Part shown: positions 38,155 to 51,093 of the stretch, piece after piece
Numbering within the stretch: the stretch's first letter is position 1
How the letters are laid out: every line of letters begins with the position of its first letter
Assembly (NCBI GenBank): GCA_051313645.2
Contig: JBNRSN020000006.1
Coordinates: 50,468,001 to 50,532,000 of the forward strand
DNA length: 64,000 bases
Source: Centroscyllium fabricii
Lineage: Eukaryota
Direction: 5' to 3'
Position numbers and translations under genes: made by a program
Notes under the pieces: generated by a model
What the model was told of the DNA's origin: nothing
Seen by the model: only the letters and a program-made list of their open reading frames with translations
Database searches by the model: none

Positions 38155-38472
38155 GGGTGGCACGGTGGCATAGTGGTTAGCACTGTTGCCTTACAGCACT
38201 AGAGACCCGGGTTCAAATCCAGCCTCGGGTGACTATCTGTGTGGAGTTTGCACATTCTCCCCGTGTCTGCGTGGGTTTCCTCCGGGTGCTCCGGTTTCTT
38301 CCCACAGTCCAAAGATGTGCGGGTTAGGTTGATTGGCCAGGATAAATTGACCCTCAGTGTTAGGGGGATTAAATATGTGGGGTTACGGGGATAGGGTGGG
38401 ATATGTGTCGGTGCAGGCTCGATGGGCCGAAATGGCCTCTATCTGCACTGTAGGGATTCTATGATTCTATGA
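38155..38472 (+). mobile_element. HE1-like V-SINE with a short alternative tail
   Basis: A box TGGCATAGTGG, B box GGTTCAAATCC, V-domain; tail GGGCCGAAATGGCCTCTATCTGCACTGTAGGGATTCTATGATTCTATG. Confidence 0.9.
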
Positions 38473-38848
38473 TCATGGGCCATTGGCAGAGTGAAGATGC
38501 TCCTGCTCGACACGAACTATATCTTAGAAATGATTGTGATCAGTATTAGTGGATGGACACTTACGCATTTGAATGATATTCCTTTACCTGATATTTGAAC
38601 ACAGGCATTAATCCATTTATGCTTTTAATCCATTCATTTTAAACGGGTGAACATCTCCACTAAAATAATGGAAAAGGCATGTCATGCATATGCGTTAAGC
38701 ATTCATCTGCTAGTATCGCCAAATGTTATTTCCAAATTGATGCTCATTAACACTAAGCTTTGCAGTTCATCCAACTGCACCGGTATGACATTTCCAATTT
38801 CCATGCCAACCAGCCTATGGTTTTGATTACAATGCCAATTTAGTGTGT

Positions 38849-38997
38849 GATGTTGGAAAGATTACACTGCTCTCTCCCTCATATATATGCTGTCTTTAGA
38901 TGAATTTCTCTTACACCTGATGAAGGAGCAGCGCTCCGAAAGCTTGTGATTTCAAATAAAACTGTTGGACTATAACCTGGTGTTGTGTGACTTCTTG
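38849..38997 (+). mobile_element. Penelope-like element pseudo-LTR fragment
   Basis: 12-bp TSD AATTTAGTGTGT (38837-38848, 38998-39009); homologous to both arms of 51821-52358; contains a hammerhead motif. Confidence 0.75.
38913..38949 (+). ncRNA. Minimal type I hammerhead ribozyme motif
   Basis: CAC-CTGATGA-A-GGAGC agc GCTCC-GAAA-GCTT-GTG. Confidence 0.65.
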
Positions 38998-39667
38998 AAT
39001 TTAGTGTGTAATTGTGCTGCATTGGGACACTCTCGTACTATAGATTAGTTCTAATAATTGAGTTGAGACTACCCAATTTTATGAAATTGAGCTCCTGGCG
39101 TATAGCATTGCCTATTGCGAGTGTAAAACAGAAATACACTCTTTGATATTCCATCGTGGATGGAAACCCATGATAGCATGCAGTCGAACTTCCAATATGT
39201 GCTCTGGGTCAAGTCCCGTGCCAGGCGCACCATTTCATACAATTCTCCTGCTGGTGTATCCATGAAGCCAGAAAACCCAACAACTGATGTCAGACAGCAT
39301 GAAATTTGCTGTTTAGTCCAATGCCTAGCTTTTTTGCAAAGGTGTCAGGACTTCTAGAAATGTAAGGATAGACTAACTACTGTGATTTGCAACACCATAT
39401 GAATAGCAGTCATTATTGACTAACCCTAATAGCAGGTTTATTTAATAGCTTTCAGAATTTGCCATCGTTCAATAAACAACCCACTGCCATCAGATCACAT
39501 AATCCGGTGAACTAGTCACTAAACCACCAAAACTATTTAACAGCAAACTTGATTCCACATTGTGGAAAGGTGCTTTGCGACTGAAGCTTCAAGGCTACTT
39601 CATTAATTTGAACTACCTGACTACATCTGGTCCTGATTCGATCCCTGCTCTGTGCTGTGTCCAACAG

Positions 39668-39868
39668 TCAACATAGGAACAGGAGTCAGCCATTCAGCCC
39701 CTTGAACCTGTTCGGCCATTCAATTACATCATGACTGATCTGAAGCTTAACTCCATCTACCCACCTCACATCCATAACACTTAAAACCCTTACCTAACAA
39801 AAATCTATTAATCTCCAGTTTTGAAATTTTCAATTGACCGAGCCTCAACAGCTTTTTGGGGGAGAGAG
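39668..39868 (-). mobile_element. CR1 3' fragment
   Basis: CATAGGAACAGGAGTCAGCCATTCAGCCCCTTGAACCTG... CR1 terminus. Confidence 0.7.
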
Positions 39869-42269
39869 TTGCATTTGTAGCTGCATTGGGAGTAAAAGTG
39901 CCACATTTAGCTTCGTTGTTAGGGAGGAGAAAATCAGCCAGTTTCCACTGCCATTTGAGTGCGTGTTTGTGCGCATGTGCATGTTTGTGTGTGTAAGAGC
40001 GCGTGCTCGTGCTTATGTGAGCATTGCGTGATGTCAGGAACGTGCTCAGCCACGTTGCCCGTGCCCACTGTTCGGGCTCACGGGCAAATGAATGAAGGAG
40101 ATGCCAGAATGCCTTCAGCATCCATGGCACCATACACAAGCATGACTCACCACTTTCAAGAGAGATGGGGTAAAGGAGAAGTATTTAAATGGACGGAAAT
40201 TTCTGCAGGACCCTCTGCGCCCGAACTCCCATTAGAAACTCTTGGTGGGAGCTCGTAAAATCTACCCTACTTAGCTGAAACAAATTCTAACTGAAAAAAG
40301 AACAATTTGTCCTTCTTTGACCCAGCCTCTGCCTTGGCTCGCTGCCAAAGCTTGAGCTCTCTAGCATGACCCTCCACCGCCCCCCCCTCCCCAATTCTGT
40401 TAACGTATTATAGGAAGTGGTTTTGTCAGTTTAAAGGTGGGCCCTCCTAATGTCAGCAGCTTTCTCAGAAATTGACTTGCATTTCTCCTAAAGTTAGATT
40501 GCCTAAACCAGTGGGGCCCATTGGTACCAGTAGCCACAATTCCCCAGACAAGAAGTTTTTACACTAAGTTCAAATACACACATTCAGCTGCATAACTCAA
40601 CGGTCAGTTCAGGGACCACAGTCTTATGCAAGTTCTCAGGGTCGAACTGTGCTTCGCAAGAACTATCAGTGAAAGCAGCTGCTGTTTTGCGAACTGCAAA
40701 TAACAGCTGCTTGTGCCATGGTTTTTATTATGTAATTGGTACAAACGAAATTACTACACTTATAGTGATCCAAACAAAAATGCAAATAACTGATTACTCG
40801 AGCCGCGACAAATTACAGTTGTGAGTTCATCATGGATTTGCTGAAGGGAAAAGGGAATTGGATATATACTTGTAAAGAAATAAATTGCAGGACTAGGGGG
40901 ACAGAGCAGGGGAGTGAGACTAATTCGATCGCTCTTTCAAAGAGCCGGCACAGGCACGATGGGCTCAACGGCCTCCTTCTGTGCTATACGGTTCCATGGA
41001 TTTGAGTATAGCCTGGTTCATGCTGGCCTGAGGCAAAGCCAATTACTAAAGCTGAGCCTCAGAGGGGGACATGGTGGCGCAGTATCCAACGTGCTGTGTC
41101 GTGGAAGGGTAGTAATTGGATTTTATGCCCACAATTCAGCCTACAACTGAGGACTTAATCTCCTCTGTGTCATCAGGGATAAGTGTCAAGCTACTCTGCC
41201 AGTGTGAGGCAGCTGGAGCACAAGTCAACCAAGTGTGCATCACTATTACGGCCCCCTAAACAGCCAGATCAAAGTGGCACTGGCAGAGATCTGCAAGCAG
41301 CTTGCCTACTCATCCTGCTGTCCATGTAATGGCCTAAGGTGTCGAGTGGCTGTAAAAGAGTTCAAAATATATTAGAAATAGGGAATAATAGAACTTTTTT
41401 GTGAAAAAAAAACTTACCTACACTAAAATCTAGATGGTTAGTCAGCCAGTAAGAGAAAGTGTTGTCATACAAGTGTACTGTGCTACAGAGTAGAAGAGTG
41501 ACATTTTCTGCCACTGGTTTACCACACTGGTCGAGTTTCAGATCTCAGTCATGCACTCAGGGAAGCAGAGTGAGAAGAGGTAAGATATTACCCACAGGGT
41601 CAAAAGTAAATTTAGATGGTGAGTCAACCCAGACTATTCTCGGTCCTTATTTCTTTTAAGGTCCAAAGATTCTAAGAAGCAAGTCATGTGTTTCTCACTT
41701 ACCCATCCCCACCAGTTATGGTCAGGAATGCAGTACATGGGACAACAGGGATATAAGAAGAGCAACAATGAATAATGAAGCAGCAAAGTTCACTGTAGCT
41801 GACAAATTATGGGTTTATGTGCTTACTGTTTGTAACATTTCAAGATGTGTTTCTGGTTGTGATCTTGGCGACGTCGCAGCGGCAGTGCTGATTCAGATCC
41901 AAGAACGAAGACAAACTTAGTCTCATGTTTAACTCCCGCTGCCCAGCGAAAACCAGGCAAGGGCAATTAAAGTGTAACGGGGGGACTTACCCACTCCTTA
42001 CCCACACTGATCTCGCCGCCTACAGACCACCCTCCCCATGCCAGCGGGGTCCTCTTTGAATTTGCAGATCGGTCTCCGATGTCTTCCTCGATCTTCCACT
42101 TTAACCTGAGTCCTGTTGGGGGAGCAGCGGTGGCTTCCCTGACAGGCCAAAGCTGCCAACGAATAGTGGCTTCATAAATTGAATAATTTATCTGGTGTTT
42201 TTTTTAAAAAGGCCTCTGAAATATATTTAAATTTCACTGTGACTATTTATCTTCGCATATCACCAGCTA

Positions 42270-43652
42270 AATGGTGGTTGGCCAGATCACCAACAACGAT
42301 GAGTCAGCCTACAGGGATGAGATTCAGCGCTTTGTGGGATGGTGTGCCGACAACAACCTGGCACTAAACACCAAGAAAACCAAGGAGGCCATAGTGGACT
42401 TCCAGAAGACGAAAGGCAGAAGACACACGCCCATTCTCATCCAAGGGACTGAGGTGGAAAGGGTGTCCAACTTCAAGTTCCTCGGGGTCCACATCTCGGA
42501 ATACCTCTCCTGGTCACTAAACACCTCCTCTCTGATAAAGAAGGCCCAACAGCGCCTGTACTTCCTAAAGGCCCTGTCACACCTAGACGTTTTAGCCAGC
42601 ATATGCAAATTTGGCTAAAACGCTGGGTTACGTCGGATACGTTATGGGTACGTTATGCATACGTTAAGAGCACGCTGGCATACGCTGGCCATAAGTTGCA
42701 TACGTCGTTGTACTTCGAGTAAGTCGAGAAATTTTGAGCATGCACAAAATTTCTCCACGTATCTTGCGTATGATTCACACGTTCCGCATACGCTGGCCAT
42801 ACGTTGTAGGCACGTTAGGCGATCGTTGACACACATCGACACACGTTACTTGTAAGTTATTCATAAGTCAAAAGACGTCGAGATAATTTCTAAGCGTACC
42901 CGGAACTTATTTCTAACCTATGAGTAACGTGCTTTGAACCTATGTGTAACGTATGTCCAACGCATATTTACGACCACAGAACTTACTGAACGTGTTTGCT
43001 ACCGTATAATACGTATACGTCCAACTCGTTATGAATACACTATTAAACGCCCAAAGTTCAGCGTAACCCAGCGTTTTAGCCAAATTTGCATACGCTGGCT
43101 AAAACGTCTAGGTGTGACAGGGCCTTAAGGAAGCTGAAAAAGGCCAAGCTGACATCCGCCATCCTCACCAACTTCTACCGCTGCACAATCTAAAGCCTAC
43201 TGACAAGCTGCATCACAGTCTGGTATGGAAACTGCACCATCTCGGACCAGAAGGCCCTGCAGCGGGTAGTCAAAACTGCCCAACGAATCACCGGCACCCA
43301 GCTACCGTCAATTGAATGCACCTACCTCAAACGCTGCCTCCGGAGGTCTCAGAACATTATTAAAGACCCCACACACCCCAGCCATAGTCTGTTCGCCCCC
43401 CTGCCCTCCGGGAGACGCTACAGATCAATTCGCACCCGCACGACCAGATTCAAGAACAGCTTCTTCCCCAGGGCTGTCAGTCTCATGAACTCTAACAAAA
43501 ACCTCCAGTATCTGCACACCTGAAATGTACCTTATTGTATGTATGTATGTAACTTATTTGCACTACTCTCGGGAGCGCGAGTCTTCGTTTCGTTGTATTG
43601 TACTAGTACACTGCAATGACAATAAAATTGAATTTAATTGAATTGAATTGAA
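42270..43652 (+). mobile_element. Rex1-type LINE 3' fragment split by a Harbinger MITE
   Basis: VVGQITNNDESAYRDE, LNTKKTKE, FKFLGVHI, KKAQQRLYFL|RKLKKA; (AATTG)n tail at ~43626-43652. Confidence 0.85.
42569..43125. mobile_element. Young CpG-rich Harbinger MITE with ~65-bp TIRs
   Basis: TIR AGGCCCTGTCACACCTAGACGTTTTAGCCAGC...; TAA TSD (42566-42568, 43126-43128). Removing it restores the Rex1 frame (YFLRKLKK). Confidence 0.92.
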
Positions 43653-44529
43653 TAAATTGGCTTTAAACACATTCTCATCTCCAACGTTTGAGACATATTT
43701 CACTTTTATGTGTGTCACATGATTCATGGGAATATATTCTGAGCAAAGTATCACGACCAGCAGCCAGGACCAGAAGAGGCTCAGCAACATATGTTTTTAC
43801 ATTTCTTTTTAACAGGAGCAGGAGGAGGAATGCACCTCCCGGTCCCGCAACAAAACTTTTGGCCACCCCTGCCGCGTGGGCCTCTCCCCCAACTGTCTTG
43901 ACGAGGATTCCCCTCTGATGGACCTACTTTGTGGGGGGGTCCGTTTCCACGAGTCCCTGCCTGCGGCCTCCTGCCGCCCGAATTTCCACTCTCGCCCGTG
44001 GGCCAGGCAATGATTCCTGCCATGTTTGGGAGGGACTCCAATCTTGTATATGTAAATGAAGCCCGGCAGCTAAAAATTCTGCAGGCCTCAGCATGCAAGC
44101 TGGTCGCTTGCCCTGGATCCCCTCCCCCCGCCACCCGAGTTAACATTAAAGGCCACCATGTCTATCATAGGTTTCACACTGATTCTCAACCAAATAGAAC
44201 TTCTTGAATCTCCATTTAAATGTGCATTTTAGTGCCTATCCCTTTATCCTTGCATTCTTTTTTTCGCTCAGTGGGACCTTGAGTAGGCATGTGTATTGTG
44301 TATTGTGTACTGAGCATTGTACTGGCAGACTGGGTACTGGTTTACTGTATTCTATTCATCATGTGTTGGATGGTCTGTACTTGGTGTGCTGCTGTGCTGC
44401 TGCAGTATGTTGTGGGTTCTCTCATCCTTTGTGTCCATATTGTGTGCTGGGTGTTGGCGTACCACCTGCTGTTGTGTTTGTTGGTGTGCTGCATCCTGCC
44501 ACGCTGGGTATTGCCATGTTGCATGTCAT

Positions 44530-45040
44530 CTTGAGCATCCCCGATTTCAATCATCCCACCATTGGTGGCCGTGCCTTCAGCTGCCAAGGCCCTAAGCGCT
44601 GGAATTCCCTCCCTAAACCGCTCCACCTCTCTACCTCGCTTTCCTCCTTTAAGACTGACGTATCGTCAATTAATCACACAAAGACGAGTAGTTACCTAAA
44701 CTACAGGCTTTTACTAACTAAGAATGGAGCTGGTCTCCTGATGAGGTCAAGGTGAAGAATGAATGGGGGCAGGTCAGCACTCACCTATATACTCTGACCT
44801 GAGGGGAGTAGTTAGAGGTGTGGCTGACCTGGCCTACAATATTGTACAGGTAAACCGGCAACTATGTACAGTGGTTATACACGATTGCCACAAAGACGCT
44901 CCTTAAAACCTGCCTCTCCTCTGCCTTAATATCTCCTTATGTGGCTCGGTGTCAAATTTTGTTTGATTACGCTCCTGTGAAGTGCCTTAGGATGTTTTAC
45001 TATGTTAAAGGCGCTATATAAATGCAAATTGTTGTTGTTA
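44530..45040 (+). mobile_element. L2 LINE 3' fragment interrupted by a solo LTR
   Basis: TIGGRAFSCQGPKRWNSLP; terminus AAGGCGCTATATAAATGCAAATTGTTGTTG. Confidence 0.8.
44656..44892 (-). mobile_element. Solo LTR related to the 22994 and 31654 Gypsy LTRs
   Basis: TG...CA ends, 5-bp AAGAC TSD; shares ACTACAGGCTTTT...ATGGAGCT and GTGTGGCTGACCTGGC blocks. Confidence 0.9.
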
Positions 45041-46272
45041 CATACCGTATGTTGCTGTGCTGTTGTATTGTGTGTTGTTGACGTGCCGCTTGCTATTGCG
45101 ATGGTTCTTCGTGCTGGCTTGTGGTGTGCTGACGTGCTGGTTGCTGTGATGGATATTGCTGCGCCAGGTGCTGGACAGTAGCACACTACGTCCTACCACG
45201 CTGCGTGCTGGCATGCTGTGGCTGGCATGCAATGTGTTGTGATTGTATGTGTTGGCATCAGCGGTGTGGTAACAGCCTCAAAATGCGGTGGGTAGCTTTT
45301 TTACCGCCCTTTGACACTGGCGATGTGACTCCATTTTGAGGCATCAATCTGACGAGCTGCACCGGGACGCCTGTTTTGCTCCCCGCAGCTCCCCTTTCAG
45401 ATTGAAATGTTGCCAGGGCCTCCTTGCCGCTAGAATGGGCAGCCGACCAGTGCACTCCACTCGGTCGGACAAAGGTCAAAGTAGACCCCTTTGAGTAAAC
45501 AAAGCCAAACAACCGTGGACTTCTTTACCCGCTCAGGAGCCCATTGCCACATGTGAGGAGTAAAAGTCAATCAATTTCAGCATGTCTGAGGCATGACGAC
45601 ATTTATATGAACACCAAACACACTCTCCAGATTTCACAAGGGGCTGCTTCAAAACAATATTTGTATATTTCGAGACTGCGCCTGACTGGCATGTTTGTAT
45701 TAACTGCATTACAACTGGCTGGTTTTCATGTAAACAGTGCACAGGCGCAGGAGGTTATGCAAAGGGGTCATGTTTTTGTAGTTAATCATAGAACTATAAA
45801 TATAGTACAGTCATAGTCAGCTGCTCACTGTTAACGGACTGTCACATATAGAAATGAGCGCCAACCCAAAGTCCAAACACGACATGACCTGACTCGAACC
45901 GACTCTACTCCATTCGAATTCAAGAAAATGCCAGAACCAATTTCTGTTGGAAGCACCTGGTGCTTTAAAGCAACTTGTTTCGGGAAACTAGTCCTTCTGT
46001 GCCTTGCGCGCTGGCATTTTCCGTGCCCCATTAACACGTGCATGCAGACAGAGACACTTATTCCTGCTCGTCACATGGCCATTTGGGGAATTCTGGCTGG
46101 GATGAGCAAGACATTCCTGTCTGCAGTTAGTGACAGTATTAAATCCTTGGCCATGTAGCCAAGGCGCTGACACCCAGAGTCACACAGAGTGAGGAACAAA
46201 CTGGGCCCTGTACCTGTTCAGTTCCCAAACTGAGCCCTGTTAGGTGGGGAAGCACTGAGCACTGGCTATGAT

Positions 46273-47142
46273 GGCCCAGAAATTCGGGTCTCCCGTTTGG
46301 TGCGGGTGCTAGTCCATGCGGACCCCTAACGCACCGCACCATAATCGGATATTTTTAACGGTGAAAAATTCCAGTCTTCTACTTACCTTTCCTGGGCTGC
46401 GTGGCAGTCCAGCCACACTAGGTGCGCTATATATGCGCTGCCGTCGTGCGTGCGTTGGAGTGATGCCCCGCCCACTGATCCCTAATTTAAATAAAAAACG
46501 CCCCCTGCTTCACAGTCGGACTTTGTAGGGAGCAGGGACGTGAGGCCTCGATTAGCACCACGCCCACTGCTGCACACACAGACTCGGCAGTGAGCAATGG
46601 CGGCCAGATCAGATTTTCAACGGAGGTAAGTCTCAGCGATTTTTTCTCTAACTTTTTTAAATTAACGAAATAGTTAAAAATTTCTGAAGTAAAAATTTAA
46701 AAATAAGCAATTTGGAAGAGAAAGCAGTGTGTTTAAAAATTGAAATTCGGATTTTTAATTTAAAAAAAAAAACTTTAACAGCCAATTTAAATGATAGCGA
46801 TCTGGCCACATTACTCTGAAAAATTGATAAAACTTAAAACTAAAGGTAAAAAAGTCACTTACCTTGTTGAAGAACGCACTGCTCTCACCAACGCACAGTT
46901 AACGACTGCTTTTTTCCCGTGCTAATTCAGGCCCATTAGCGCACAGATAGCGCACAGAATAACACCCAAAAACATCGGGATTTTTGGGTGCTATTCTTTT
47001 GTGCATTGGATGCTGAGGCCTCCTCTGCCTCAGCATCGGAAAGCCCAGATCCCGGCGCTATTCCCGTGCGATGGCTAGCACGGGGAAATCGGCCCCCCTC
47101 CGTGCGGGTGCTAATGGTGCGAGGCACCCGAATTTCTGGGCC
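46273..47142. mobile_element. Harbinger-type MITE
   Basis: TIRs GGCCCAGAAATTCGGGT / ACCCGAATTTCTGGGCC, GAT TSD. Confidence 0.85.
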
Positions 47143-48570
47143 GATATCTCTATGCAAGGGAGAGAGAAACCTGGAAGGAAGAGTCATGCAAGCTACTCCA
47201 CAGTATTAATATTTGCTTTCATATGGCACACATTGAAGCATCACAAGGTGCCACAAGTGCAGCAACTTGGTTTGAATGCAACCAAGCTTTCTGGTAGAAG
47301 GCTAAAGAGAGTCTGAGAGTAAATAACCCAACCTGTCCTCAAGTTATTTGGACCCAAGATAACCGACAAGAAAGAAAATTCATGCAAAAAATTCAAAAGA
47401 GGGTAAAGAAATGTTCAACCTTTGGGGTCAGTTTTACTTTTGAGGGACTTCCAGCTGCTCTTCCCAGTGCCCCTGACCCCGGCCCATTTCCTGCATCAGG
47501 GTCGTTTACACATCGACGGTGGGTGCCGGGTCCATTTACAGCATTACCGAAAGCCAACTCGGGTGGGAGGGGGGTGGGGGGGAACGGTGTGAAATTGTCA
47601 CATCTCCTTGCTGCAGCGTAGCATGGCCAGCAGCGCTGACTGAAAAGCAACAGTTTAGGAAAGTGTCAAACGTTTAAAATTCACGCCTTGACCAAGGTCT
47701 GCGATCATTCATCTCAGTAAAAGAAGGGGCCATTTAAATTTTAAACCTCCCCCCTCCCCACAGCCCACTGGACACCAGGGCCCAGAACTTCCTTCAAATT
47801 CGCACCCATATATACACGTAATATGAGCACAAACAAGTTAAGCGGCTTAAATGATCACAGACATTTGGGTGTAAATGGGTTACACTCGTAACTACAATAC
47901 ACCCAAGTATCCGCCATCTTTTAAGTCGGTCCATTGTAGCCTTGAATGCAGCAGTGTTCCTTGCAGCCAACGTAACTAGGGGCAAACAACAATATGTCGT
48001 TTGATGTCATCCCTTCACTTACGTCCCATTAGAATACGCCCACCCATACTTGGACCAGTGCATCACAGTCTACTTCTGTTAAATCAAAGGCCGAGAATTT
48101 TCTTTACCCTTCTCCATCGTAACTTCACCAGAAGTTCATCGAAAAACTCGTTGAAATGCATAATTGGGGGTTTCTGTCGCACTTCTAGTGAGGTTATAGC
48201 AGTGATGTGGCAAATTCCTGGCCAAAGTCATTTTTTGTCATTAAAAACACAAGTTTGAATTGCCTAGCAATTCAAATTAGCCAATGTAAACAAAACATTT
48301 TTTTTTAAATCCAATCAACTGGCAATTAAAATTTAAGTGACTTGGAGTTAAATGTAATAGACTGTATACAGCCATCACTTCCAGTTGAAAACCCCACAAG
48401 TGTCGGATGGCAAGGAAACAGCAGAGCAGCTCCCTGCGGTTTTCCTACCTCATCACCCGCCCCCTCACAAATTACATTACTGGTGTAACTACCCAAGAAA
48501 ATTGCCCCTTTTTTAATTTGAGAGACTAATAAGGCAATCAGGAATTGGTGAACAGAGCAGGAAGAGGCTC

Positions 48571-49535
48571 TCAATTCAATTCAATTCAATTCAAATTGCT
48601 TTATTGGCATGACAAGATACATCCTATGTTGCCAAAGCACAGAAAAAGAACATATACAGTTGGACATACAAAATGCATAACCAGACGTATTGAATGAATA
48701 ACTATGCATACACATACACATAAAAACCTGCATATATATCTAAAAAGAACATATACAATTGGACATACAAATGCATAACCAGACATATTGAATGAATAGC
48801 TATGCAAACACATACATATATACCCGCATATAGATCTTGTAGGCTCTTCCTAGCTTCAATGGTCACTGGTTGTCCCTCTGCTTATGGCAAGCTGTGACGT
48901 AGTTTGCCGCTAATTTTATACAGTCCCTCTGTTCCCCCAATAGATATGGGAGTTTTTGGTGGTCGTTCAGATTTTTGAATTCAGGGCATGTTGTTGCAAA
49001 TTTTGGGAAGAAATTTCCCCTTATTTCCTGATAGTTTTCGCAAGTTGTGAAGAAGTGCAGCTCTGTCTCCACCACTACCTGACTGCAGTGGGAGCACAGC
49101 CTTTCCTCTCTGGGCAGCCAAGTCTTTCTGTGTCTGCCTTTTTCGATGGCTAGGCTGTGCTCGCTAAGTCTGTACATTGTCACGGTTTTTCTCAGTTTGC
49201 TATCTTTCACCATGGTCAGGTAATCAGCCATGGTGTACTCTCTGTTTAGGGCCAAATTACAATCTAGTTTGTTTTGGGTTTTTGTCATTTCTGTCCAGTA
49301 ATTCAAGTATTTTTCTTTTTGTTTAGTAATAATTGTGTTGGGTCAGATTCTGAGTGCTAGGATGTCACTGTCCTGGGGCTGGTTGATACCAGTAGTGTTA
49401 GTAGTTACTCCGCTAAGTTGGTTGTTACCAGTAGTGTTAGTAGTTACTCCGCTAAGTCCCAGGACTAGTTGGCTGAGGGGACTTCTCTTTATGTTCGCTT
49501 CTTGGCATTTCAGGGCTTTGTAGTGATAGCTCCTG
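48571..49535 (-). mobile_element. RTE-X-like LINE 3' fragment with a C-terminal zinc knuckle
   Basis: YRLSEHSLAIEKGRH...REERLCSHC...ETELHFFTTC; (TTGAA)n tail; duplicated block in the 3' UTR. Confidence 0.7.
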
Positions 49536-49774
49536 GTGATTTACTTACAGAGTAGGAAAGCTGATTGGTCTGGAGGGGAGAGTGAAGACTGGCTCAGTCT
49601 AAACCCTGGCACTGTGAATCTGAGCATCCACCTGAATTGCCAAACTGGTGTGCGAGGAGGTATTAATCCATGTTCCCTGATTGACTTTGTGCAATAGTGT
49701 AAACCACGTGCCAGTGAATCGGCAGCCCATTTTACGTCTGTCCAGATTTTTATTCCATTGGCTTTACTTCCATT

Positions 49775-50176
49775 GGCACGGTGGCATAGTGGTTAGCACT
49801 GTTGCCTCACAGCTCTGGAGACCCGGGTTCAAATCCAGTCTCGGGTACTATCTGTGTGGAGTTTGCACATTCTCCCCGTGTCTGCGTGGGTTTCCTCCGG
49901 GTGCTCCGGTTTCCTCCCACAGTCCAAAGATGTGCGGGTTAGGTTGATTGGCCAGGATAAATTGACCCTTAGTGTTAGGGGGATTGAATATGTGGGGTTA
50001 AGGGGATAGGGTGGGCTATGTGTCGGTGTAGGCTCGATAGGGATCGAGGGATATGGGGAGAGGGCAGGGGCAGGGTACTGGGTTTGGATGATCAGCCATG
50101 ATCTCATTGAATGGCGGAGCAGGCTCGAAGGGCCGAATGGCCTACTCCTGCTCCTATCGTCTATGTTTCTATGTTT
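49775..50176 (+). mobile_element. HE1-like V-SINE with CR1 tail
   Basis: Same structure as 9094-9514 in opposite orientation. Confidence 0.9.
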
Positions 50177-50704
50177 CAAGGGAGGCGCTGAAGTGGGCTG
50201 GCTTAGCTTTACAAACACCCTTCAGCACATTCTCATCCCCAGTCATGGGACTGTTTCACACATCCTATGCAGTATGGCTACACTGTAATGTTTATTGAGT
50301 CAGCCATGTAAAATAAAACCATGTTATAAAATATTCTATAACTGTGACCAGGAGCTGATAACCATTTTTCAGTCACAGGTATTTCATAACATGCCTTTAC
50401 TTTTACATATAATGAGGTCAGGCGTCTTAATCTTTGCAACCATTTAAAATTGGATTTATGATCTAACTTACATACAGTTCATTGAATATGTGTGACTTGC
50501 ACGTGCTTCCATGTGATGCTACCTCGAATTTGTTTTAAATTTTACCACAGTGCCATGGAAATTAATATGAGGGAGTCAAATCTTTCTAAAATGCATAGGC
50601 TGGAACAAATTCATACAGAGTAAGTTGGAAATAAGAGTAAATCCATTTTTATCCCTTTCATGTTTTCACATAATGCAAACATATCGATTTTAAAACTTAA
50701 CAAC

Positions 50705-51085
50705 TTAAATTAAAATTTTATTTGCCGGGTTGATGATGCACTTCAGTCCCCGCGGCACCCACCAGTCGCGGAAAGCCTCAAGCGTACCGGCGGACACCGC
50801 GTGCTCCATCTCCAGGGCCACCCGGGCACGAACATGGCTGCGAAAGAGAGGCAGGCATCCCCCTCGACCGCCCGCTGCCTGGACCAATTAATGGCTTTTT
50901 TAGCCAGGCCCAGGAGCAGACCTCTGAGGAGGTCCTCCGACCTGCCCGCTCCCCTCCGCACCGGATGGCCGTAGATCAGGAGCGTGGGACTGAAGTGCAA
51001 CCAAAACTCGAGGAGCAGCCCCTTCAAATAATGATAGAGGGGCTGCAACCTCTCGCATTCAGTATAAATGTGAAACACGGAATCC
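50705..51085 (-). mobile_element. Tx1/L1-clade LINE ORF2 C-terminal fragment
   Basis: HIYTECERLQPL...LLLGLAKKAI...AFRDWW. Confidence 0.6.
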
Positions 51086-51093
51086 TAGTTAGG

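Noticed and set aside
38155-38230. tRNA gene
   Set aside because: The A and B boxes belong to a SINE head continuing into the V-domain; no complete cloverleaf.
44290-45260. Cys/Val-rich membrane-like ORFs
   Set aside because: Degenerate TG-rich simple sequence flanking an L2 fragment.
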